Assembly: GCA_947427385.1 (NCBI GenBank)
Contig: CANEHT010000001.1
Span: forward strand, 19,572-83,571
Direction: 5' to 3'
Length of the DNA stretch: 64,000 nt
Source: an uncultured Clostridia bacterium
GTDB lineage: Bacteria; Bacillota; Clostridia; Lachnospirales; CAMVHY01
Both the position numbers and the translations under genes were made by a program. The notes below the pieces were generated by a model. It searched no databases and was not told the DNA's origin. It saw only the letters and a program-made list of their open reading frames with translations. Of this stretch, positions 21,576 to 31,546 are shown piece by piece; the first letter of the stretch is position 1, and each line of letters starts with the position of its first letter.

Positions 21576-22648
21576 ATTGAATTTTGTTTTTCAACAAAAT
21601 TTTCAATTTGCGGAATTTGTTCATTCATAATTTCTGGGAAATTATTTGAAATAATCGTTAAAAGATTATTAGCATTTTCTTCTGGATTATTTGAGGACAA
21701 TTCTCCAATAATATCAAAAAAGTAATTTATTTCATTATCATTGGGATTGCTTTTAAGGTAATTAAGAAAGTTGATTACATTAATTAGTTGCTCACAAGTA
21801 AAGGCCGTATTTGTTTTTCGTAACATATTTTTAAAAATTCTTATTAATTGATCAATTTTTTCGTCTAATGATATAGGTTGAGGTTGTTGATTTGAAAAAA
21901 TTTGAGTAGTTTGTTGTTGTTGAGCTAAATTTGCTATATATCTTAAGGCTGGTGGTAATTGTTGCTGCAAATATGGTGGTAATTGGTTGTAAAAATTTAT
22001 CGCTTGGTTAATAAATTCATCTGGATTTGGATTAGGTTGAGTTGGATCCATAAATTTTTTGGATTTATTTAATAAATCCATGAATTGTTGTTGCAAATGT
22101 GGTGGTAATTGAGAACCAAAATTATTTGGTTGCGCAAAAATATTTCCAAATTGACTTGGAGTGTAATTCATAAATGGATTAAACATTGAATAATTATTGG
22201 GGGTTGGATTAAATGTTTGTGCAAAAGGAATTGGTTGAGATGTATTTTGATTTGATTGAGTCAAATTTATTGTAACTGAATTTTGATTTGTTTCATTTTG
22301 ATTGTTGATAGGATTAGGATTGTTATTTGAAGAATTTTCTCTTTTGGAATGTTTTATTTCAGTAAGATTCGAAGAAGTGTTTTCGTTATATTTTTTGTCT
22401 AAATTGGGTACTACTTCCTTTTCCCAAAAATTTTTAATGAAATTTTCGATTTCTTCTATTTTTTCTTTTTCTGTTTTACCTTCAGGGAATTTACAAAATC
22501 CAAATAATTTATAGAATTGTGTTGCATTTTCTCCATTAAGATAAAAATCAAATAATTTGCGTATTTTCATAATAGGTAAAAGCTTTTTAAGTTTTACAAA
22601 ATTAGTTTCTTTTTTTTCAGACATTTGTTTTTCAGACACAATAATCAC
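21572..22648 (-). CDS. orphan protein with long Q/N/P-rich low-complexity core (358 aa)
   Basis: The start region is GGAGTGATTATT-GTG TCT GAA AAA CAA ATG TCT GAA AAA. The true start is probably GTG 22639 or ATG 22624. The core includes the internal repeat QLPPHLQQQF / QLPPYLQQQLPPAL. Confidence 0.7.
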   Translation of the reverse strand: MIIVSEKQMSEKKETNFVKLKKLLPIMKIRKLFDFYLNGENATQFYKLFGFCKFPEGKTEKEKIEEIENFIKNFWEKEVVPNLDKKYNENTSSNLTEIKHSKRENSSNNNPNPINNQNETNQNSVTINLTQSNQNTSQPIPFAQTFNPTPNNYSMFNPFMNYTPSQFGNIFAQPNNFGSQLPPHLQQQFMDLLNKSKKFMDPTQPNPNPDEFINQAINFYNQLPPYLQQQLPPALRYIANLAQQQQTTQIFSNQQPQPISLDEKIDQLIRIFKNMLRKTNTAFTCEQLINVINFLNYLKSNPNDNEINYFFDIIGELSSNNPEENANNLLTIISNNFPEIMNEQIPQIENFVEKQNSI

Positions 22649-22676
22649 TCCAAAATTTTTTTGAAATTTGCTACGA

Positions 22677-22802
22677 AATTATTATACAACACAAAAAAAT
22701 AAAAATCAAATTTCAAAAATTATTTCGACAAAATTTATATTATAAAAATAAAAAAGCTGAACTCATATGAATTCAGTTTTTTTTATGTGAAAAAAATTTT
22801 AT
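22677..22802 (-). repeat. intergenic module copy B: terminator + 0A-box + promoter (~126 bp)
   Basis: See copy A. Hairpin at 22757-22776, TTCGACA at 22724-22730, -35 TTGATT at 22704-09, -10 TATAAT at 22681-86. Confidence 0.9.
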
Positions 22803-23293
22803 TAGTTAATAGCTAGCCAAATTAAATAATTTATATCTGAAAGTTTTAACTGTGCGATATAATTTATTTTCTTATTTATATCAGGATTAGCTATTTCATT
22901 TGATAGCCGTAATAAATTTTGTAAATTTGAATTCTCCTCATATATTGCATAATTTATTGCGGCTTTAAAATTTCCCGGTAAATTTATTTTTATTTCTTTA
23001 ACTTCAAATAAATCTGATGAGTAAGTCGAATAAATTTCACGTAAAATATTTTGTCGGTACCGACAATTATTTTTTATTTCCATTAAAATTTTATTCATTG
23101 AGTTAGTTTCTAATTTCGTATAAAATACCTCAGCATTATATTCATCTTGGATAAGATTTTTAATTTTATTCGTATCAAATGGTAGTGGATTTTCTAGCAT
23201 ATTTTTATTAAATGGCTCAAATCGTACGCCATCTAATGAATTAAATTGATTTGGAGGAATTTGCGGCATAAATAAATTTTGCAAGTCTCTCAC
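22802..23293 (-). CDS. ferritin-like-fold protein with apparently degenerate metal ligands (spore-coat-type family?)
   Basis: 163 aa with a P/Q-rich N-terminus followed by IQDEYNAEVFYTKL ... IKNNCRYRQNILREIY ... AINYAIYEENSNLQNLLRL ... IAQLKLSDINYLIWL. From memory this matches the four-helix pattern of clostridial ferritin-like proteins (E..A..FY / DE..H ..IY / E.....Y / DE..H). Here the DE..H positions read NN..Y and LK..D. The start is ambiguous (GTG 23293 or TTG 23284). Confidence 0.4.
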   Translation of the reverse strand: MRDLQNLFMPQIPPNQFNSLDGVRFEPFNKNMLENPLPFDTNKIKNLIQDEYNAEVFYTKLETNSMNKILMEIKNNCRYRQNILREIYSTYSSDLFEVKEIKINLPGNFKAAINYAIYEENSNLQNLLRLSNEIANPDINKKINYIAQLKLSDINYLIWLAIN

Positions 23294-23417
23294 CTCAATT
23301 TAATTTATTCACTCTAAATAAAATAGTTCAATAAAGTTAAATTGCGTTTTATCTACCTATTTCTATATTTATTTCTAAAATCACTACGAATTTTTTAATA
23401 TTTACCTGAAAAATTAT

Positions 23418-23446
23418 TTGGCATGATAATTTTTTTTAACTATAAT
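23418..23446 (+). promoter_or_regulatory. sigmaA-type promoter of groESL
   Basis: TTGGCA (23418-23), 17-nt spacer, TATAAT (23441-46), immediately upstream of CIRCE. Confidence 0.65.
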
Positions 23447-23449
23447 AAT

Positions 23450-23476
23450 TTAGCACTCATCAATGAAGAGTGATAA
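23450..23476 (+). promoter_or_regulatory. CIRCE operator (HrcA binding site)
   Basis: TTAGCACTC-N9-GAGTGATAA compared with the consensus TTAGCACTC-N9-GAGTGCTAA gives one mismatch. It sits in the canonical position before groES. Confidence 0.85.
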
Positions 23477-23502
23477 CAATTTTCAAAAAGGGGGATTTTA
23501 TT

Positions 23503-25439
<1,937 letters not shown>

Positions 25440-25445
25440 AAAAAT

Positions 25446-25486
25446 AATCCCTTGCGTTAGACAATAACGTTGAGGGATTTTTTTTA
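25446..25486 (+). terminator. groESL terminator
   Basis: AATCCCT...AGGGATT stem with an inner CGTT/AACG stem, followed by a T8 run. The T-run overlaps the stop codon of the convergent 25484-25945 gene. Confidence 0.65.
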
Positions 25487-25945
25487 GCTTTCATAATCTT
25501 GCATAATGGTAATTAATTTATCTTCATCGGAAATTTTAATACCATTTTCGAGACGTGTTTTATCTTCTGAACTTAATGATTCAATTGGAGTATTTGTCAA
25601 TTCTTTCAGATTTTTTTTTCTGCCGTCATGGAAAAAAACGGCGACATATCCATCTTTTATTCCAATTATATAATATTGCTGGCGTTTAGCGGCAATATTT
25701 TTTTGCATAACAATTTTTTCACGTGAAAAGTCTTTGACATTCCAATCACTAAATATATTTTTAAAATCATGTTCATTCATCCCGATTAAGAAATTCGGGG
25801 CAAGTTTACTTTCCGTATAATTGTCATAGTTGTAAATAATTTTTGTAGATGGCGTAATAATTTGTGGCGGAAATTTTTGAGTTAATCGCCATATCAGATA
25901 AATTATAGCGGTAAAAATTATTGCGATGAGATATTTTTTTTTCAT
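25484..25945 (-). CDS. BofC-like (bypass-of-forespore C) protein with N-terminal membrane anchor
   Basis: DFKNIFSDWNVKDFSREKIVMQKNI and YYIIGIKDGYVAVFFHDGRKK..LKELTNTPIESLSSEDKTRLENGIKISDEDKLITIMQDYES parallel B. subtilis BofC as I recall it (DFWAAYAGWTLVEQKKGYVLFRKQM; GYIGVSDNGVISTFHG...IDLERLES..QKNLLKGIPF..KAEFEDVIEHMKTYS). Confidence 0.55.
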   Translation of the reverse strand: MKKKYLIAIIFTAIIYLIWRLTQKFPPQIITPSTKIIYNYDNYTESKLAPNFLIGMNEHDFKNIFSDWNVKDFSREKIVMQKNIAAKRQQYYIIGIKDGYVAVFFHDGRKKNLKELTNTPIESLSSEDKTRLENGIKISDEDKLITIMQDYES

Positions 25946-26044
25946 TTTTGCCTCACTGCATTTTTTATTTTAGTTTTGACCATTTATTTTTTTGATATAC
26001 AATTATTTGCGGAAAAAATTTTTTGAACGAAATGAGGAATAAAA

Positions 26045-26620
26045 ATGAAATTAATTGCCGGATTAGGAAATCCGGGCCTTTCGTATTTTAATTCGCGTCA
26101 TAATATTGGATTTGAAGTTGTCGATAAACTTTGTCAAATTTATAATATTGAATTGCTGCCGAAACATAAAGCATTGATGGGGACAGGTTTAATTGACAAC
26201 ACAAAAATTATTTTAGCAAAGCCACAAACTTATATGAATTTGAGTGGTGAGTCGATTCGCCAAATTGCCGACTACTACAAAATTTCTAATTCTGATATCA
26301 CGATTATTCACGATGATTTAGATGTGCCGATTGGGAAAATAAAAATTAAACACAATGGAAGTAGTGGCGGCCATAATGGCGTTAAAAATATAATTTTGCA
26401 TCTTGGCGGCGAAAATTTTAACCGAATTCGTATTGGTATCGGCAAAAAGCCGCAAGGTTGGTTGCTGGATGATTATGTTTTGGGAAAATTTCCGCCTGAT
26501 GAGAAAAAAGATATTGACATCGCCGTTGATAAAGCTTGTGATAGTGTAAAAATTATTGTCAAAGATGTTTTTACCGCCATGAATAAATTTAATGTAAGAG
26601 AAGGTAACAAAAATGAATAA
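26045..26620 (+). CDS. pth: peptidyl-tRNA hydrolase
   Basis: LIAGLGNPG...RHNIGF...GGHNGVKNI motifs. Confidence 0.95.
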   Translation: MKLIAGLGNPGLSYFNSRHNIGFEVVDKLCQIYNIELLPKHKALMGTGLIDNTKIILAKPQTYMNLSGESIRQIADYYKISNSDITIIHDDLDVPIGKIKIKHNGSSGGHNGVKNIILHLGGENFNRIRIGIGKKPQGWLLDDYVLGKFPPDEKKDIDIAVDKACDSVKIIVKDVFTAMNKFNVREGNKNE

Positions 26621-29600
26621 AACTTTGGACGTCATTATCAATTCAGAAATTATGCAAAAAATTACGCGCGCAATTCATGCCAAGAATTTTTCGATAAATA
26701 TTACCGGAGTAATTGAATCTCAAAAATGTCATTTATTTTCGGCGATAAAAGAAAAATTAAATTGTCAAATGGTTTTTATCAGTTATTCGGAATTGCAGGC
26801 CAAACGAAATTATGACGATTTGAAATTTTTTCGCGATGATGTTTATTATTATCCGTCAAAAGATTTTGTCTCGTATTTAGCTGATGTCAAAAGTTCTGAC
26901 GTTTATAAGCAAAGATTTGACGTTTTAAATTCATTAATGGAGCAAAAAAATTGTTCAATAGTTTTGTCAATCGAAGTATTATTTGACCGGCTTAGCCCGC
27001 CAGATTATTTTAAGCAATCAATTTTAAAATTAAATGTTGGTATGAATTTTTTGCTTGATGATTTGTCACGGCATTTGATTTTTTTAGGCTATGAACGTGC
27101 TGAAATTGTTGAAGCTCCTGGACAGTTTTCAGTGCGTGGTGGAATCTTTGACATTTGTACGAGTAATTATGCTGTGCGCTTAGAATTTTTCGATAACGAA
27201 ATTGATTCGATAAGATTATTTGACACAATTTCACAGCGTTCGTTAAGTTCGGTTGACAAAATAGAAATTACGCCAATGCGTGAATTAATTTATAGCGATG
27301 AAAAATTTGCGGCCGTATTGGATAAAATAAAAGCGGAGAGTGCTGACGTTGAAAAAATAACTTTACTCGAGCAAAATGTTTTTAATACGGATATGTATGC
27401 GAATTTTTTTTGTGATGGTGATGTTTGTCTTTTAGATTATTTAGCGCAAAATTGTTTAATTTTTTTAGATGAACCGTCAAAAATTTTGGATAATGCTAAA
27501 AATTTTTATGATGATTGCCAAACGCAAATTCAAAAACAAATTGAAATCGATTACATGCTTCCAAGCCAGAAAAATATAATTTTGAGTTATGAACAAGTGT
27601 TCGAGAAATTGCAAAATAAATCGTGCGTAACTTTTGAAAATTTCCCGCAAACTTCTGAATTTACGTCAAAAAATTTTATTGAATGTAAAACAAAAACGCC
27701 CGAAACTTTTAAAATTTATTCCGATTTTTTTTTGGATAGTTTGAAAAAATATCTTGCCGCAAAAAAAATTGTCATAATCCTTGCCGGCGCCAAGTTCAAT
27801 AATCTTGCGCGATACCTTGTGAATAAAAATATTCCCGTAGAATTTTTAGATGATGCAAATGAAATTTTACCCAATCGAATTTATGTTACGTCTGGAGCTC
27901 TTCATGCAAATTTTGAATACGAAAATCTTGTTGTAATTTCATGTGGACGCCGTGAAAAATCTCATGGGCCTAAAAATAAAAATCCTATCCAAAATTTCTT
28001 GGATTTGAAATTAAATGATTTAATTGTCCACGAAAAACATGGTATCGCTATCTATAAAGGTATCGAAAAAATTACCGTTGATGGTGTCACTAAAGATTAT
28101 TTGAAATTAGAATATGCAGATGGCGGCGTTTTGTTCGTTAATACCGCACAAATGGATTTGGTTCAAAAATATATCGGCGCTGAAAATGTTAGGTTAAATA
28201 AACTTGGCGGCTCTGATTGGCAAAAAAATAAATTACGTGTGCGTGAGGAAGTCCAAAAAATTGCTGCCGACTTAATTAATCTCTATGCTAAACGTAAAAA
28301 TACCAAAGGTTTTAAATTTTCTCCTGATAATGTCTGGCAAAATGAATTTGAAAGTTCATTCCCGTACGAAGAAACTGCCGACCAATTGTCAGCTATAAAT
28401 GATATAAAAAAAGATATGCAATCTGATATCGTAATGGATAGATTAATTTGTGGTGATGTCGGCTATGGGAAAACGGAAGTCGCAATGCGTGCCGCATTTA
28501 AAGCCGTACAAGATAGTAAACAAGTTGCATATCTCGTCCCGACAACTATTCTTGCTCAGCAACATTTCAATACATTTTTAAATCGGTTTGCAGATTTCCC
28601 AATTAATATTGAAATGCTTTCACGATTTCGTACACCAACTCAGCAAAAAAAAATAATTGCACAAATAAAATCTGGGCGTTTGGATATTATTATTGGAACG
28701 CATAAATTATTGTCTAATGAGATAAATTTTAAAAATCTCGGCTTGGTAATTATTGATGAAGAACAAAGATTTGGTGTCGCGCATAAAGAAAAATTAAAAA
28801 AGTTGTGTGAGGACATTGACGTTTTGACTCTAACGGCTACGCCAATACCGCGAACTTTAAATATGAGTTTGTCAGGTATACGCGATATGAGTTTATTAAC
28901 AGAGCCGCCACTTGAACGTCAGCCCGTTCAAACTTATGTAATTGAACACAATATGCCGTTAATAAAGGAAGCAATTGGAAATGAATTAAAGCGTAACGGT
29001 CAAGTTTATTACTTATTTAATCAAGTGAAAAATATTGCGGCAATTGCATATCAAATAAAAAAACTTGTGCCGGCGGCAACTGTTCGATATGCGCACGGAC
29101 AATTATCTGAAACCGAACTCGAAAAAATAATGGAAGAATTTATTCGTGGCCAGATAGATATTTTAGTTTGTACGACAATTATTGAAACCGGAATGGATAT
29201 CCCAAATGTAAATACGATTATCATTCAAAATGCAGATAAGATGGGTTTGGCACAGCTATATCAATTACGGGGACGTGTTGGCCGCTCAAATAAATTAGCA
29301 TATGCTTATTTGACATATGAAAAAAATAAAAATTTAAATGAGAATGCCGTAAAACGTTTACAAACTATACGTGAGTTTACAGAGTTTGGTGCAGGTTTTA
29401 AAATTGCGATGAAAGATTTAGAAATACGTGGTGCGGGGAATTTATTAGGCGCCCAGCAACATGGTAATATTGAGACGGTCGGCTATGATTTATATTGTAA
29501 ATTATTGAATGAGGAAATAAAAAAGTTGAATGGCGTTGAGATTCAAAATGAAATTGAAACCAACATCGATATAAATATCAGCGCGTATATTCCACAAAAT

Positions 29601-29984
29601 TATATAAGTGATGAGAAGCAAAAGTTAGATATGTATAAAAAAATTTCGTTTGTCAGCAATCAACAAGATTATTTACAAATGCAAGAAGAATTAATTGATA
29701 GGTATGGTGATGTGCCGGATGCAGTTCAAAATTTGATTGATATTGCGTTGTTAAAATCTTTGGCGCAAAAATTACGAATTACATCGATATCGCAAAAGTT
29801 TGACAATTTAATTATGATGATTGATAAGGATGCGGAGTTTCCAATTGAAAAACTTTTGACATTGATAAAAGATGAGAAGCAATTATTTTTTACAACGAAT
29901 CCGGCGCCATATATTACGTATAAAAATTTTGACGCACGTAAGCACATTAAAAAACTTTGGCAAATTTTATTGAAATTAATATAA
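26613..29984 (+). CDS. mfd: transcription-repair coupling factor
   Basis: 1123 aa with a CarD-like region (LVHEKHGIAIYKG), helicase motifs (GDVGYGKTEVA, IIDEEQRFG) and a TRG motif region. Follows pth, as is typical. Confidence 0.94.
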   Translation: MNKTLDVIINSEIMQKITRAIHAKNFSINITGVIESQKCHLFSAIKEKLNCQMVFISYSELQAKRNYDDLKFFRDDVYYYPSKDFVSYLADVKSSDVYKQRFDVLNSLMEQKNCSIVLSIEVLFDRLSPPDYFKQSILKLNVGMNFLLDDLSRHLIFLGYERAEIVEAPGQFSVRGGIFDICTSNYAVRLEFFDNEIDSIRLFDTISQRSLSSVDKIEITPMRELIYSDEKFAAVLDKIKAESADVEKITLLEQNVFNTDMYANFFCDGDVCLLDYLAQNCLIFLDEPSKILDNAKNFYDDCQTQIQKQIEIDYMLPSQKNIILSYEQVFEKLQNKSCVTFENFPQTSEFTSKNFIECKTKTPETFKIYSDFFLDSLKKYLAAKKIVIILAGAKFNNLARYLVNKNIPVEFLDDANEILPNRIYVTSGALHANFEYENLVVISCGRREKSHGPKNKNPIQNFLDLKLNDLIVHEKHGIAIYKGIEKITVDGVTKDYLKLEYADGGVLFVNTAQMDLVQKYIGAENVRLNKLGGSDWQKNKLRVREEVQKIAADLINLYAKRKNTKGFKFSPDNVWQNEFESSFPYEETADQLSAINDIKKDMQSDIVMDRLICGDVGYGKTEVAMRAAFKAVQDSKQVAYLVPTTILAQQHFNTFLNRFADFPINIEMLSRFRTPTQQKKIIAQIKSGRLDIIIGTHKLLSNEINFKNLGLVIIDEEQRFGVAHKEKLKKLCEDIDVLTLTATPIPRTLNMSLSGIRDMSLLTEPPLERQPVQTYVIEHNMPLIKEAIGNELKRNGQVYYLFNQVKNIAAIAYQIKKLVPAATVRYAHGQLSETELEKIMEEFIRGQIDILVCTTIIETGMDIPNVNTIIIQNADKMGLAQLYQLRGRVGRSNKLAYAYLTYEKNKNLNENAVKRLQTIREFTEFGAGFKIAMKDLEIRGAGNLLGAQQHGNIETVGYDLYCKLLNEEIKKLNGVEIQNEIETNIDINISAYIPQNYISDEKQKLDMYKKISFVSNQQDYLQMQEELIDRYGDVPDAVQNLIDIALLKSLAQKLRITSISQKFDNLIMMIDKDAEFPIEKLLTLIKDEKQLFFTTNPAPYITYKNFDARKHIKKLWQILLKLI

Positions 29985-29997
29985 ATGAGGTGAGAAG

Positions 29998-30846
29998 ATG
30001 ATAGATATAGCGGTTATCGGTTCGGGACCGGCCGGATTATCGGCGGCAATAAATGCACGAGTGCGCAATAAAAATGTCGTGATTTTTGGAAATAAAATTG
30101 ATACGAGCGCGTTATTTAGAGCAAAAAAGGTTGACAATCATTTAGGTTTTTTTGATATAAACGGTAAAGAAATGTTTGACATTTTTTTGCGCCATATTCA
30201 AAAATTTGAGATACCAATAAAAACGGGACGTGTCACACAAATTTTACCGCTCAAAGATTTTTTTGCTATAAATTTTGAAAATGAAATTTTTAATGCAAAA
30301 ACTATTGTGCTTGCCGTTGGAAGTAAAAAATCAAAAAAATTGGATGGCGAAGAAAAATTTATTGGCAGTGGCGTTAGTTATTGTGCTACGTGCGACGGAA
30401 TGTTTTACAAAAATAAATCTGTCGTTGTGATTGCTGATAATTTGGAAGCTGAGAGTGATGTCAAATTTTTAAGCGAAATTTGTAAAGATGTTAAGTACAT
30501 TCCAAGTTATCAAGTGAACTCGAATTTCTCACAAAATGTGGAAATTTTAAATTTCAAACCAAAAAAAATTTTGGGCGATAAAAATGTTGAAGCTGTTGAA
30601 ACAAGTGAAAAGGAAATTCCGTGCAATGGTGTTTTTATTTTGCAGGAATTTATTTTGCCGAGCAATATCATTTTTGGTTTGGAAATGCAAAATAATTTCG
30701 TAAAAATCGATCGCGCTTGCAAAACAAATTTGTCGGGAATTTTTGCTGCCGGCGATTGTAGCGGTTGGCCGCTGCAACTTAGTAAAGCTATTGGCGAAGG
30801 ACAAATTGCGGCACAATCTGCTGCAAGATTTATTGACAGCAAATAA
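29998..30846 (+). CDS. thioredoxin-reductase-like flavoprotein lacking the NADPH-binding glycine motif
   Basis: FAD motif IGSGPAGLSAA and redox-active CATCDG are present. The position of GGGNSA reads VVVIADNLEAE, and no HRRxxxR motif is present. 282 aa. Confidence 0.7.
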   Translation: MIDIAVIGSGPAGLSAAINARVRNKNVVIFGNKIDTSALFRAKKVDNHLGFFDINGKEMFDIFLRHIQKFEIPIKTGRVTQILPLKDFFAINFENEIFNAKTIVLAVGSKKSKKLDGEEKFIGSGVSYCATCDGMFYKNKSVVVIADNLEAESDVKFLSEICKDVKYIPSYQVNSNFSQNVEILNFKPKKILGDKNVEAVETSEKEIPCNGVFILQEFILPSNIIFGLEMQNNFVKIDRACKTNLSGIFAAGDCSGWPLQLSKAIGEGQIAAQSAARFIDSK

Positions 30847-30857
30847 ATTTTAATGAG

Positions 30858-31436
30858 GTGATTGCTATTACTATTTCAGAATTGAAAAATGTTGTTTGCA
30901 AATGTACGAAATGCGACTTGTCGCAAACGCGAACAAATGTCGTTTTTGGCGTGGGCAATCCAAATGCTGATGTATTATTTGTCGGTGAAGGGCCCGGCCA
31001 AAACGAAGATATGACCGGAATTCCATTTGTCGGACGCGGTGGACAATTATTGGATAAAATGCTTGACGAAATTGGCCTATCGCGTAATAAAAATATTTAC
31101 ATAGCAAATATGGTTAAGTGCCGGCCGCCGAATAATCGTGATCCATTGCCTGAAGAAATTGATTGTTGTATAAATTATTTGCGCTGGCAGTTTAAATTGA
31201 TAAAACCTAAAATAATTGTTTGCGTTGGGCGTATCGCTGCTATACGAATTATAAAAAATGATTTTAAAGTTACACGTGAACATGGTGTTTGGTTTAATAA
31301 AAAAAATATTGAGGTAATGGGAACTTTCCATCCGGCGGCTCTTTTACGAAATCCAAATAATTTACCATATGCTAAAGAAGATTTGCAAAAATTACAGACT
31401 AAAATAAATGAAATTGCTCCACAAGTTTATAATTAA
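30858..31436 (+). CDS. udg: family 4 uracil-DNA glycosylase
   Basis: GEGPGQNEDMTGIPFVGRGGQLLDKML, a Cys cluster (CTKCDL...) and the HPAALLRNP motif. The start codon is uncertain (GTG 30858). Confidence 0.85.
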   Translation: MIAITISELKNVVCKCTKCDLSQTRTNVVFGVGNPNADVLFVGEGPGQNEDMTGIPFVGRGGQLLDKMLDEIGLSRNKNIYIANMVKCRPPNNRDPLPEEIDCCINYLRWQFKLIKPKIIVCVGRIAAIRIIKNDFKVTREHGVWFNKKNIEVMGTFHPAALLRNPNNLPYAKEDLQKLQTKINEIAPQVYN

Positions 31437-31466
31437 AAATCTGTGTTCGCACACAGATTTTTTTTG
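31435..31466 (+). terminator. udg terminator (type AAATCTGTG...CACAGATTT)
   Basis: AAATCTGTGT-tcgc-ACACAGATTT followed by a T8 run. The same element recurs at 33106-33137 and 34349-34383. Confidence 0.8.
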
Positions 31467-31482
31467 TTGAAAATTTTTGATT

Positions 31483-31511
31483 TTGCAATTTGCAAATTAA
31501 AATGTTATAAT
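31483..31511 (+). promoter_or_regulatory. promoter of cassette 1
   Basis: TTGCAA (31483-88), 17-nt spacer, extended -10 TGTTATAAT (31503-11). Confidence 0.5.
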
Positions 31512-31546
31512 ATAAAAAAGGAATGTTTTTTTTAAGAGGAATTTTT

